From positions 9,672,001-9,736,000 of the forward strand of contig NC_047073.1 of assembly GCF_902459465.1 (NCBI RefSeq): a stretch of DNA of 64,000 bases. Reading direction: 5' to 3'. Shown here one piece after another: positions 48,340 through 61,110 of this stretch; position 1 is the first letter of the stretch; the number at the start of each line of letters is the position of its first letter. Origin of the DNA: Asterias rubens (taxonomy: Eukaryota). The notes beneath the pieces were generated by a model that was not told where the DNA came from, did no database searches, and was given only the letters and a program-made list of their open reading frames with translations. A program made the position numbers and the translations under genes.

Positions 48340-49871
48340 CGTGAATGGAACTGAAAGTCACCCTCCTTCTCAATGTCAAGTTTATCCTTGTATTCCGAGT
48401 TTAGAATCAACAGGGAAGCTAATCCCTTGATCCGGTTTTCCTGGGCGGCAATTCGTCAAAGCTTATGGAATGTTTGCAACTTGAGCGGTAGACATTCGCC
48501 ATTAAAAATTCTCACTGAAGATTTCTTGATTAATGAGACAATGATCGGGATCCGAGCTACAGTTTGTTCCGTTTTTCAGGAAGTGTTGACTTTACAATTC
48601 TGCTCAGCAAAAGGCTCGAAGAAACACTTGCAGTGTTTAGATAGCACTTACCAGCTTAGGCCGGTATAGGGTGTCACTGCTGAGCAAGACATGCCTGTGA
48701 TTGGCATCAGCACATAATGGTGACCGTGACCTTGGCATCTCACCACAACATTATCGAGGGTGCTTCTTTAAAACAAATTCTCTCATCGGTGCTGCTATTT
48801 TAAGAATATTGAACTCTCAACAACAGGCAGCAATCTTTTGCGCATGAAAAGAAGTCTTACTCTATTTACAATAATTGCAATACCGAAATAAGGAGACACA
48901 TGCACTTATAGTTGGTTTTCTCAAATTGTCAGATTGAGGAAAAAACTGTTTTACTTTAAAGTTTAGGAAATATACCGGGAAGTGATTCACTGCTGACGTA
49001 CATTGAGTTTTTACAAACTCAGGACGATTTCGGAAGGGCGGTGTGAAAACAGAAAGCTAGACTCGAGAGATCCGCTTTATGTATAGGGCAACATCAAACT
49101 AGGGTAAACGCTGATCTAACAGTTTAAAAAACACGCCATTCTGCGAATAAAATTGAAATATCTGAGATTGTTTCTCGATGAAAATGTCTCGTTTAATGCA
49201 GGTATACCCTCAAACATTATTGTATATTTTAGGTCACGTGTGATTCACATTCACGCCAAAATAAAGTCTAATCCCCCCATGAGAGGTGTCTAACATAATG
49301 TATAGGTGGTCCGCCTACGCTAGGGTGGAACACGCCCAGCAAGAGCTATTTTAAGAAAAGAAAGTGAAATATACAGGATGACATTATTTTATTCTTTTAA
49401 AAGCCGACAACCAGCTGCGTGTGATTTTCGGTGATCCCCGGAGCATTCTATTTTTTGCATAGCCCCGGACACGATTGCATATGCAAAAGTGTCCGGATCG
49501 GACAGTATTTCATCTGACACGGATGGGTTGGATTTTTGTCATTGAAAGCCGTTGTTTTAAACACACATTTATTTGACTAATTCCTAGATGCAAAGACTGT
49601 TGAGGGTACAAACGTGTCTTTAAATAAATACCATTGTGCATTGTAAACTCTGACAGTAAAAACACCGTAAAAAATAAGCAATATATTTCAGCTTAAGGAC
49701 AACCACCTATGACAGGGGTTTCGTATGGTATCAACCTCGTTTCAAATAATATAACGAAAACTCTGTTAAGTTACCTCCCTTATATCTACCCTCGATCTCA
49801 CATATGTATACATAGAGTGAGGAAAATATTACGCGTATGGGTGGGGATGAGGATGTCTTCACATTCTCAAG

Positions 49872-52800
49872 ATGGCGACCATCAACATGACTACGTGGAC
49901 AGCGACACTTATCACTTTTCTGACACTTTTTGCCGCTGTTGTATACGGAGGTTCAGAAGGAGCAGATGGGAAAGGTAAGTAAGAAACAACAGAAGCTCAG
50001 ATAATGAACTAAATTGTGAAGTGGAATCGTTTAAAGGGTTTATCCCGAAAGAATGAAGTTTGTTTTGGCATGCCCAGATTCCGGACACATGTTCTGCTAT
50101 GCTGGCTATAGCTGATGCAATAGGGTGGGGCGGTCGCGAAGCAATGGGTGCAAAATACAGGCCCAAAATACACCCACAATACTGAGGGAATGACTTGACA
50201 AAAAAAGTGTACCGAAAATGTAAATTGATAATCTTTTCCGTTTTTGGAAGAGTAAATTCATTCTCACTCTGTTTTTTGTTTTGTTCAGTTTTTTTTTTAT
50301 ATTAAAATTTCATTTTAAAATTAAATACATTACAGCATATAGGCCCTACTATTACTAAACATAAATTAATTGATAAAAATGATACAAATTCAGGCCTCAA
50401 CCTTAAGCTGTAGAGGGTCATGACTCATGGCCACTTGGCCTCAAAAGCTCCAAAAAAGAAAGGGGCACCAAGGCCAACTGAAAGGGCACCAATACCATTT
50501 TCAAGTTACTGGTCAACTTTCAAACCCATATTTATTTCATTGCCGCGGTTTACATGCTGTGCAATTGAAATTGAACAAAAGTTTTAAAATATTTGTTGCT
50601 GAATTATTTACAGTTTTTTGCAGCACGCGCATTGCAAACGTACCCCATTTACCCCCCCCCCCCCTTAATTCATCGACTTAATTAAACTCCCTTCTGCTCA
50701 TCTGAAAACAAATCATTGCTCCAGAAGAAGAAAAAAATGTAAAAATCGCACTTAAAAAAAAAATTAAGAAAATTAATTCCCTGCGTGCTAATCTGAAGAA
50801 AAAAGATCACCACCATCCCAACTCTGCGAGAGACAAACGAGCCTCACCCACCCCACTCCAACAGCCCAACAACATTCAACAACCGGGAGGCTCAACAAAA
50901 TCCGCTGAAAATTGAACCTTAAAATTTAATATAAATCTCTTGATTTTTTTTCATTTTTTTTTCATTTATAAATACGATTATGAAAATTAAAAAACCAACC
51001 CCCACCCCCTTAGCACAAAATAATTGGCCTAGTATTTAGCTATGTAAGTTGTAACGTGCATGCCGACGTTCATGCCACGCTAGACTGCTTAAATGAATAC
51101 CAACAAATGTAAACAAATGCACCTAACTAAAAAAACGCTTCTAAACGTTGGCACTTTGCTGCCACTCCAGCCATTTCGCCTTCCTGCTTATTTTTGCGTC
51201 TTTTGTGGCATGGCAAGCTGATTATTCAATTATGAACTTGATGGAGTATGATGATTTCCAAAATAAGGGCTCTGCAGTAAGCTTGGGCGATATCATGATA
51301 TTATCGAATATCGCGATATTAATTTGGAAATGATTTCGATATTGGATGAATTTGGTTTTAATCGAAATATCGATATATCGCGATATTCGCGATAATCGCG
51401 ATATATCGCGATAATCGCGATACAGATTAAATATTGCGATGTATTTGCTAGCTGAGACATCTTGCACCCCATAGGTTTGGAGTAAAACCAGAAGAATAGG
51501 TCATTAGAACACCTCTCTTATGCTATTACTGTCTCTTCTACAACTTTCACTTGGAGTTTGAAGACTGATGTCAAATTTAATTGATCACGATTATATCGAA
51601 TATCGCGATATATTGTCGGCAATATATCGTGAATAAAATAAATCAATATCGCCCAAGCTTACTCTGCCATTACCTCCATATAATTTGATTTTGACGTTTT
51701 ATAATTCCCCGCTTGTTGTGTGTACACAAACATAATTATGTTTGGCAATGAAAAAGAAAGTCGCAAGGCAGGCAGGTCACTGGTAGTGGTGGGTCACAAA
51801 CATTAATCCAAAACCACAAGCCTTGGACACCAGCGAAATAGCCAGGGGAAAAACATAGACTGTATCCTGGCCCTGGCCGGGCGCCTCCCTGGCCCCATCC
51901 CCTACAAATACAGATCTCATCGCGGCAATGGCCGCTGGTGGCCGCTGTAGAGGTCGAGGCCTACATACAGTGTATTACACTTTTTTTACTGTATGTGTTC
52001 CCTGTGTGGGTAATATAGGGAGCACAGGGTGATCATTCCATGGTTTGATCAACATCCCAGGGTTGACCCTGGCTGCCGTGTGTGATAATTCAGGTGAGCC
52101 CATGACAAGAAGAGCTAACTGAACTCCAACTTACCTCAGAAAGCATTGATATTTCTTACCAATGCATCTTACAACAGCAGACCGGAACTACTTTTATTGT
52201 GTAAGGTACGTCCGCTAGAAAACAGGATAGAATGATTAATTATTTGTTTTGGTTTTTACTAAAAAATATTCTATAATTTATTTGTTCATTTCAGGTTTTG
52301 GTGACAACATTGAATGGTGGGCATTAAATGATGGTTTAGCACAATCTAAAAGCACGTAAGTCTTAAAGCGTAGTACAGTTGCCTATCAGTCCTATTGCCT
52401 ATAAAGTGACTGTGAGTTAAAACTGTCAAATCTTTGGTATTTTATTTGTTTGAGAACACTTTTTCTTTACTGCAACTCATCTTAATAACACCCAAGTAAT
52501 ATGCCTGTGATATTTTATTCACAGGACTCGGGGGAAAGTACTGAGTATACAGTGCTAACACACATCGGTGTATGGGTAAAAACCCAAAATTAGTAAGCAT
52601 CTTAATGAATTGTTCTTTAAACAGTTATTGCTGATTTTTTGTGTTTTTTTTTATGCAGAGGGAAACCTTTGATGCTAATTATTCATAAAACCTGGTGTGG
52701 AGCTTGTAAAGGTGAGTGAAAAGGCAGTTTCTCCATGTCATCAAATTCTATAGAAATTGGACTGAATTTTGAATTGACATAATATCCAAACCAGCCTTAC

Positions 52801-55800
52801 CCCCAAACTTCATTTTCATTAGCCCCACTAAGTTTCGGCGTACACTCATAGGTATGCATAAATTCGTCTAGAAGTTCCTCCCTCCCGACCTAACCTCATT
52901 GAGTGTTGTTCCTAGTAATGAGCCAATCAATCATCATCAAGATCAAGTTAGGGCATGGAAGTTTTTCAAAGAAATCTCAATTTATACTGGAACATTTCAA
53001 GAGACACCAAGTCAATGCCAAGGGCCATGGAGGCAATATGTCTATGCACTGTACGCATGACATACTTCCTGAACAAGAATCTGTTCAAGCGATTAGCCCA
53101 CCCCAGCGGTCCTGGATAGACTGGCCGCTGGGGCCAAGCGAAGGCTTGGTTATGCATCCAGATTTTAAACCAATTGAAATTCAACACCCAAATTTTTGTG
53201 CTGGGATTAAATTAGTGTTGATCATTATTTTAGTGTTAAAGATGCTATGTCAGATTTTTTGCCGATTTGACCCAAAAATTTTGATTTAAAATTCAATAAG
53301 TATCTTGATGTGGGTCGAGAAAGTTACAAGCTTTCATTTGAGCCATTGCTCGAAAAAGTCCGCCAATTATTAGCAGTAGTGAAATTAAGTGCTCAAAATT
53401 ATTTTTTGTCGGGAGCACATGACCATTTCTTATGTATTTTATAAGAAACGTTTTAAATTTTTGTCATGGTTCCTGACCATTAAAAGTAAAAGTTAAACTT
53501 TTTTTTGTTAGAGTGGGTGATACTATTTGAAATACCATTCACTCAAAAAAATCTATTTTTTAATGTTTGGGGCCAAAAATCTGACATAGCATCTTAAGTT
53601 ACTTGGGTGATCCCTCTGCTGCCGCTTCCCAGGTTTTATAATAAACTTGGGTGTGATCTCTGGCTATGCCTAGCTCAAAAATTTTCTTAATGTACATTGT
53701 ATTGTTAATGTCCCTTTTAATTAATCCATTTCCCCTTTTCACTACAGTGGGGTGTTTCTTTATCAAATATGGTTCTGTTTTTGTTTTATAGGCGAGGTTG
53801 CAATCTGGTTTTTTTTATATTATTTATTATTTAGGTTAGGTGTACTTTTGAAGTATTTCATACATGTATGTCAAATCTATTTTTAACTACTGTAATGAAT
53901 CTGTAATTTGACCTTCGAGTCTGTCAGTTTTAAAACAATTCAAAAATTCAAATTCATACTGCAGTTACAGGTTGAATGGCTTCTGACTGGCACCTCTAAA
54001 ACAACACACCAACATTAGGGCTAGATAGCTCAGTGGTGCCAGAAGCCACCCAACAAGTTCCGCTCTAGACAAATCTTCTTCTTTTAACCCAAAATTATTT
54101 CAAATGTGCCCATTTAGTTTCCCTAGCTTTTCAGTATATATGAAACTAAAATGAGGTATTTGAATGGTTCTATTCCAGATACTGTGTGCCTTATGAATTG
54201 TATTTTTTTATAAGCCTGAAAAACCTATACCTTTTGGTGAAAGGGAGAAATCATGAACTTTTCACTGCCCATTATTAGTCCAAACATTTATAAAGTAATT
54301 AGTGCTTACCTGTATATGTTCCTGTTCTCTCTATTAGCTCTGAAGCCAAAGTTTGCCGCATCCACTGAGATTGAAAGTCTCAGTAAGAAGTTTATCATGG
54401 TCAATGTTCAGGTAAGAAAATAAGGAATCCTTTCTGCCTAGTGCAATTAAGTTTTTTAATAGTAGATGATCGAGATAACTTGGTTTACTTCTTATTGTTG
54501 TACTTTTTACTTGCCCTCAACCTTTATATTTGTATATTTCTGTAGATTGTAATTTGTATTCTTGTTGTCTATTGTTGTTATGCCTCTCTTGTTTGCATTC
54601 TCCTTTTTTTTTATACACATTTCATTTTTTTTTTGTGACAATAAATATTTGTTATCTTTTATCTTTAGACATGGGATTCTTATAGGAGCATGTTGTTGCC
54701 GTTTTTTGTTTGTTTGTTTGTTGTTTTTGTAGATGAATCATGATCTTCCCTAAGGGGATATAAAACACAAAATTGGCAATAGCCAATGTCTCTCATACAA
54801 ACATTGATTTGACATCTTTGATAATGAATTGCTCAAATGAAGTAATTGTGATTCAGTAACTAAACGACAATCCTTATTCTAGTCATTGTGAAGTCAGCGG
54901 TTAGCTTGGTAGGATTCAAGCCTGTAACCTTACGATTGCAAGTGCTGCAGTCTGACCACTGGGCCATGGTGAATTTGTTGACTCTATTCTTAATTTGTGA
55001 TATACACTTGTGTCCTTGAGCAAGATACTTTACTGCGATTACTTCTCTTCACCCAGGGGTATTTATGGGTACTTGATAGGGTAGAGGTAGATATTGTGTA
55101 TGAAGGGGCACTTTGGGGCACTTTGGTTGCCTGGTTTGTACCCCTACGGAGCTGAAAATGATTACATGAATACGTTTATTTGCCTAATGACCAGGGTGCA
55201 ATACAGTTATGCGCCATATAAGAACTTGCTTTTATTTTTATATGCATGAGACAGACTAGTGTGGTTTGATGATATAAGTGAGTGCTTTTTCTTTTTGTAG
55301 GATGATGAAGAGCCATCGGACAGCAAGTATGTTCCAGACGGCGGTTACATCCCCAGGATTCTATTTCTGAACTCCGTGGGCGAGGTCCAGACTGAGCTTA
55401 TCAACAAGGCTGGCAACCCTAAGTACAAGTACTATTACCCAGACGTTTCAGGAGGTAGGGTACCAGACATTCCCTCACTTGCCACAGTTGTAAAAGATAG
55501 TTCATGTCCTGATGTTTCGACCCTAGCAGAGTCTTTATCTAAGGCTTTTTTTAGCCTCCGAGTCAGACTCTGCTAGGGTCGAAACATCAGGACATTAACC
55601 AATGTTTTTGCATTTATACCATAGGTCCTTTTGATTGGTAAGCAGTTTGCAACAGCTAATTTGTTTTACTCATTATCATAAACCTTACCATAAAAGACAA
55701 CAACAGTATTTTTTGCATCTTCCTGTAAATTCTTAGCTGATTTTTTGTTTTCATAAAAAAACGACGACCTTCTGGAAGATATTCTTTTTCAAAGTAAAAG

Positions 55801-56244
55801 TTGGAGAAAGGGTTGCTTCTGATTTAGTCAGGGTTGAGAACTTCCAGTCTGCCTGGTTAAAAAAAAGGATTGAAAAGCTGCTGATGTTACAAAAGATATT
55901 AGAGAGAGAGAAAGAGGTAATTCTGTTCACATTCATGTACAAATTTGAATCTGAGAAAGGCTTCAGGCATGAAGCTTTTCTCAGGCTCCTGAAAGCACAC
56001 AATTCTATGCAACAAGGGCGTTTTTTTCTCCCTTATTTTCTTGCAGCTTCGATGACCAATTGAGCCCAAAAATGTCACATGTTTGTTGCTTCATGGATAT
56101 GTTGGGGATACTGGTCTTTGACAATTAAGTGTACCCCTGCCTTTTTGTGACTATTTTCTGATTTTACATTTTTCTGTTGTAGTTGTGGCGACAATGAATG
56201 AGGCACACCGAAAGCTTGGCGGTGGCGGTACTGAAGAACTCTAA
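49872..56244 (+). CDS. TXNDC12: Thioredoxin domain-containing protein 12 (ERp18), 6 exons, 168 aa
   Basis: Exons 49872-49974, 52295-52355, 52659-52711, 54338-54411, 55301-55454, 56183-56244; phases 1,2,1,0,1. Signal peptide, [30 protein letters not shown] (CGAC active site), [24 protein letters not shown], and C-terminal TEEL ER-retrieval-like signal. Confidence 0.95.
51278..51661. mobile_element. hAT-type non-autonomous transposon in TXNDC12 intron 1
   Basis: Perfect 16-bp TIRs TAAGCTTGGGCGATAT / ATATCGCCCAAGCTTA, flanked by CTCTGCAG / CTCTGCCA (degenerate 8-bp TSD). Subterminal ATCGCGAT repeats. Confidence 0.75.
55505..55594. repeat. Perfect 30-bp inverted repeat formed by two opposed pLTR/hammerhead-like fragments
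   Basis: 55505-55534 is the exact reverse complement of 55565-55594 (AGACTCTGCTAGGGTCGAAACATCAGGACA). Confidence 0.85.
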
Positions 56245-57035
56245 CCTTTGCGCCCGCCAGAACCCTTTGTCATCTGGTGTTGGTATTTAGCTAGTTTTTT
56301 GTCTTAGCATGCACCTTTTTGTACCATATTTATGAGCTTTTTTCTCAAATATTTTTTTACTGAAAGAATCACAGGAGTATCATGTTGATTGCACTGGCAC
56401 TAAATGTTGTTTGCGATGTGCCGGTCTGAGTGAACCAGTTCACTATAAACAAAGAATATAATTTATGTGACGCTTCAGGTCAAAACCAGGCTCCTGCCCA
56501 AAGCTCAAAATGTTGTTTATTTTATCAACAAATAAACAAGGAAAAAAGCTTCAAGAAACACCTTTTTTAAAGGCTTGTTTTGTAATAATTTGTCAATTTG
56601 TAGAAAGTTTAAGGCGGCACATCATATTGTTATCAAGACTGATGTTTGAATGGGAGACTTTGGAACACCAAGTGGCAGCAGACTTGCCGGTTAAATTTCC
56701 TTTGTTAACGTTGTTCTGAGCTTGCGCACATAACGAGAACAATGGATTTGCCTGGTAAGTCTGCGGCCACTTCTTGTCCCCCAAAAACAAATACTTTTTT
56801 TTTGCTTTTAATGCCATTTAATTTTTGTCATGTTCTCTTCTTTATCTGAGAAGTGCCTGATTTTTTGCGCTAGGCATCACACTTTGTGGTTCCCTCACAA
56901 AATCATCTTGATCTTTCTTCAGAAAATAGTTTATATCTTATGCACTTAACCTCTGACTAAAAATCAACATCTCAGTTGGGATTGCTTGGGGGTAAGTTTA
57001 ACATTGAGTTCAGCCTTTGATTTTGTTTGTACCAG

Positions 57036-57194
57036 GGGTCGATTTCGCAAAGAGTTAGGACTAGTCCAAACTTAAGAGAAGTCCTAGGAGATATTAAAAA
57101 CGTATGTCCTAATTAGTTAAGACTAGTTTATTAGGACGAGTAACTCATACTAACTCGAGATAAGACTAGTCTTAACTCTTTGTTAAATCCAACC
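57036..57194. mobile_element. Harbinger-type TTAGGACTAG MITE with CAG duplication
   Basis: CAG-GGGTCGATTTCGCAAAGAG...CTCTTTGTTAAATCCAACC-CAG. Confidence 0.65.
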
Positions 57195-57362
57195 CAGATT
57201 TGTACATACCTTAGCTCAATTTTTTGAGGAATGTTTGTATATTGTGGTCTGTACACTAACGTTTATTAATCTGACACTTTCTAAAATACTGATTTTTAAC
57301 AATGAAGGTCACTCAAACTATTCACACAATGCAAATACTTAAAAAGTGATTTTAAATTCTTA

Positions 57363-57720
57363 TGTGGCGTGTCGTGGACCAGGGGTCTAGTTCACCGGAC
57401 CCAAGCTCTGGTGTTGTTAGCAGCAGAGTGTGGGTTTAATACCAGGTCATGACACTTGTGCCCTTGAGCAAAGCACTTAACCATAATTCCTTTTGTAAAA
57501 TATTGGGAAGGCGGTGTATTCTGTTCTACCAACCAGGCTCCTAGTGGATGATACCCTTGCCTACATCCTTACAGACTGTGAAGGGGGGTAACCCTGTTTC
57601 AGCCCCAGGAGTAGGTGGCAACATGTCCCTGGTGGCAGTTGATTTGGGTCGACAGCCAAAATTAGTTATGTAGCCCTCTTCTTGTAATGGCTGTCCTGCC
57701 TTGTGATGTAGTAAGGCAAT
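57363..57720 (+). mobile_element. tRNA-derived SINE with CCTTGAGCAA..CACTT central domain
   Basis: Degenerate A/B boxes, then GACACTTGTGCCCTTGAGCAAAGCACTTAACC. Related copies at 54995-55200 and 58047-58300; 3' tail at 36400-36525. Confidence 0.6.
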
Positions 57721-58046
57721 CTCCCATTGTGCTTTAAAAAATATCTTGCGTTTGATATATCGTAAAAGTCATATTTTTTCATTTGGGTATCTCAGATAGT
57801 TTATGTTTTGGGAAATGTTCAGAATACAAGTAGATAGGCCTATCTTCTGGTCAACCAATTGTTATCAATCATCAGAAAAAAAAAATTGCAGATTTAAATT
57901 CTTAGAATATTCATTAAATGCAAGTTCAATTTATAGAGAAATTGTTGTTGTTTACATACTTTCATTGCCACCTTTGGTTTTTTATGTTGCTCCTTCTAAC
58001 ACATTTACCAATGGTAACAACCTAAAATTCTTCAGTTCAAATATTA

Positions 58047-58300
58047 GGGTGTCATGGCCGAGTGGTTTAGAGCATCAAACTCAAGTTCTGGTGGTTGAGT
58101 CAATGGAGTGTAGGTTCGAATCCCAATCTTAACCTTTGTGTTCTTGAGCAAGATGCTTTACTGAAATTGCTTCTCTTCACCCAGGGGCAATGGGTTATTG
58201 TGTATGAAAAGGCCTTTGGAGCACCACGGCAGCTCACGGGCTGTACACTCCCCAGGGTGCTGAGAAAGATTACTGGAATTTTATTGGCCCAGTGGGCACT
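58047..58300 (+). mobile_element. tRNA-derived SINE
   Basis: A box TGGCCGAGTGG, B box GGTTCGAATCC, and central TTCTTGAGCAAGATGCTT. Confidence 0.7.
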
Positions 58301-58306
58301 GACCAG

Positions 58307-58474
58307 CCGTCGATTTCACCAAACTCTTCCTAACTTAGGATTAATCTTAGGACTTAGGACGAGTAAAGTTCCGTATTCAAATACGTAGGACGCATTGAAC
58401 CCATCCTAAGTTAGGACGGGTTAATCATGCTAACTCGAGTTAGGATTCATCCTAGCGTTTCGTGAAATCGGCTG
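58307..58474. mobile_element. Harbinger-type TTAGGA MITE with CAG duplication
   Basis: CAG-CCGTCGATTTCACC...GTGAAATCGGCTG-CAG. Confidence 0.6.
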
Positions 58475-58531
58475 CAGGGCACTTATGTAAAGTGCATTGG
58501 TACAATTATTGTCAAAAGCGTAGTGTAGGAA

Positions 58532-61110
58532 CTAGTTATTGTTGTAGACTTGGATAATTCTTTCCCATATTGCTTCGACCTGCTGCTGTGGCGTCTCCCA
58601 CAATTCCCTGAGTACATCCCATCCGCCAGCGTGGACAAATCTCAAGATGTACTCGTCTGGTTGGTCTATTTGCTGGCAGTATTCATCGTAAGACATGATA
58701 AGAAGTTGTACGAATCTGGTGGCTATTGAGACATACAGCGAATTCCATTCTGTTGGGGACAGTGGCACCACAGAGGTAAAACCAGCCAGGAAGTGACCAG
58801 CGCCCTCTAGTGGTTGGTCATCCTTCCGACCGACCATCATATCAACAACGCTACCTGCAATGTCATACACCAGACACTCATAGGACATGTCATTAAAATC
58901 AATAATACCACTGATAACAGGGCTTCTTGATTGGCCAATGTCTGGAATTGCATCCGAGTGATTGGTGGGTTCTGAAATGAGAATGTTAGCTCGATTAGCA
59001 TCTGCGTGGATCACTCCTGCAAAAAAAAAAAATCAACATTACCAAAATTCCTTTTAAAAAACACTTTTCTGTTTTAAATGCAAAAAATAGTGTCATCCCT
59101 AGCAGAGTCTTTCTCGAAAGCTAACTGACAACACAAATATACTCGTGTAACAGAAGCAGTCAATTGGAAAGGGTGTCTCGAAAGTCCCCCACTGTCTACA
59201 TGACAATGGTCATCACCTTGGTGTCCCTTGAAATGTCACAGTGCCCTCATTAAATTCACCTCGTAGAGGAGCCCTTAACTTAGAAAAAAAACTGCCTTTT
59301 CCTTACAACAAACAAAAGGTTAGGATTTTACCACAGGGGTGAGAAAACAGAAAACTTGTTATAAAAACCTTTTTGCATGTCATATTCCAACGGTTTGACA
59401 TCCTTGATGAATCGGTCCAGTATTGTATTAGCTAGATTCCGTCTGCTCTGAAGTGCTTCTCTACACACGTACTGTTTCACATTGCCTGCACTAGTCATGC
59501 AGAATCGGTTGTCTGCTGCACGTGCTTTGAGGTTGCTGGTTGCACCTTTATACCCCTGTTAAAGATTTTCAAATTGGGTGTTCAAATTGGATGCAAAGAC
59601 TATGAAAGTTTAGACTATGAAAGTTTTAAGGCACTGGACACCAGTATTCTCACTTGGTGTATCCCGACATGGGCAAAAAAGAATAAGTCTTTGAAAATTT
59701 TGACTCAATTGGTTATCGAGGTTGCAAGAGAATAATAAAAGAAAAAAACACCTTGTTGCACAAATTTGTGTGGTTTCAGATGCCTAAAGGGGGATTCAGG
59801 CCTGATGAAGTCTTTTAATATGTGAGTGAGAAATTACTCTCAGAGGGAGACGTTAATCAAAATGAGAACACAGTTTTATTATCTGAACTGTTTCAATTTA
59901 ACAAAACACTAAGAGAAGTTTTATCCCTTCTTTGTTATGGGTGATTCTCGGCAGGATTCACAGATATTTGTGAGACCCAAACTAACATTTGAGTAATTCT
60001 TTGAGACAAAGATGTTGAATAGAAGAGAACAAGCAATGGTCCAGTGTAAAATTCTAGCACTACACACACATTGTTATAGATGCACCAATAACACAAGTCT
60101 TACCATCAATGTAGCATTCAGTCTTCCCAAAGCTTTTCCCACATTGTACAGGAGTTGGTTTGATAAAGGAGCAACCTCAGATAATATTCCACCCTGGATG
60201 AAAGTAACTAGCATCACAAGGAAGACACCATGCGTCTTGTCTTTAGTACCTGTTGGACAAAGAAGGAAAGTTTGTTTAGATGATCTTCCAAACAAGGGAA
60301 CTTGGCAAAGCTCCCAAAGGAGATGTTGTAAAGACACTGGACACAGAAAGAAGTAATTTTCGATTAAAATATTATTTGAATTTGATTTCGAGACCTCAGA
60401 TTTATATTTTGAGGTCTGGAAATCAAGCATCTGAAAGCACACAACTTTGTGACAAGGATGTGTTTTCTCTAATAGTTATCTTGCAACTTCGACGACCAAT
60501 AACTGAGCTCAAATTTTCACAGATATGTTTTATGCATGCATATGTTGAGATACACCAAGTGGGAAGACTGTTCTTTGACAATTACCAATAGTGTCTGAAA
60601 GGTTGAATAGGAAATGCCTATCTGAATTTCCAAGGGCGATTTTGTTATTTTCAGAAAGTTGCAAACCTTCCGAGAACGTCACCGGTTCCTTGTCTTTATT
60701 CCTGAAACCTTACCGCGATAGAACGTCTGCAGGCTCAAGTATTCCCCTTGGAGATTCATCACTGGGGCGGGATACATTCCCAATGCGCCCGCTTGTTGTA
60801 GATACCTCAGCACCCCAATTATGTCATCGTAGCACCCTCTCTGATGCAACGAATCGTTCGTATTGCTCAACCTCAGAACAAACTCACGGACGCCGTCTTC
60901 CGCGCCTCCGGCCCCGGTAACCCCTACGTGGAAATTCTGGTCACAGAAGCTGGGAAGTTCCTTGGTGTGACTGGCTTCCATGCCATATAACTTTTTGAGA
61001 AGTTCGCCGGCCATCGAATCGGTGAGGAAGGGTTTGATAATAAGCTGCTCATTGCTGTCTGGTAAACTTTCAATAGTTTCAGGAAGTCCAAGATACAGAT
61101 TTGTGTCCAT
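58532..61110 (-). CDS. HYKK: Hydroxylysine kinase (APH-like phosphotransferase), 4 coding exons, 404 aa
   Basis: Exons 61110-60714, 60249-60104, 59555-59369, 59016-58532; phases 1,0,1. Motifs IKP..LYG..ELPSFCDQNFHV..FVLRLSN, LLYNVGK, GVIHADANRANIL, SGIIDFNDM..VYDIA, GHFLAGF..VVPLS, GGWDVLRELW match HYKK/AGPHD1. Likely 5'UTR: acceptor at 61183 and an upstream exon ending at 62384 (CAG|GTAAGA). Confidence 0.92.
60333..60597 (-). mobile_element. Internally deleted Kolobok MITE K1 in HYKK intron 1 (further fragments 27740-28065, 55900-56125, 59627-59850, 62107-62330)
   Basis: AGACACTGGACAC end joined to the central hairpin and ..TTGACAATTACCAATAGTGTC. Confidence 0.65.
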
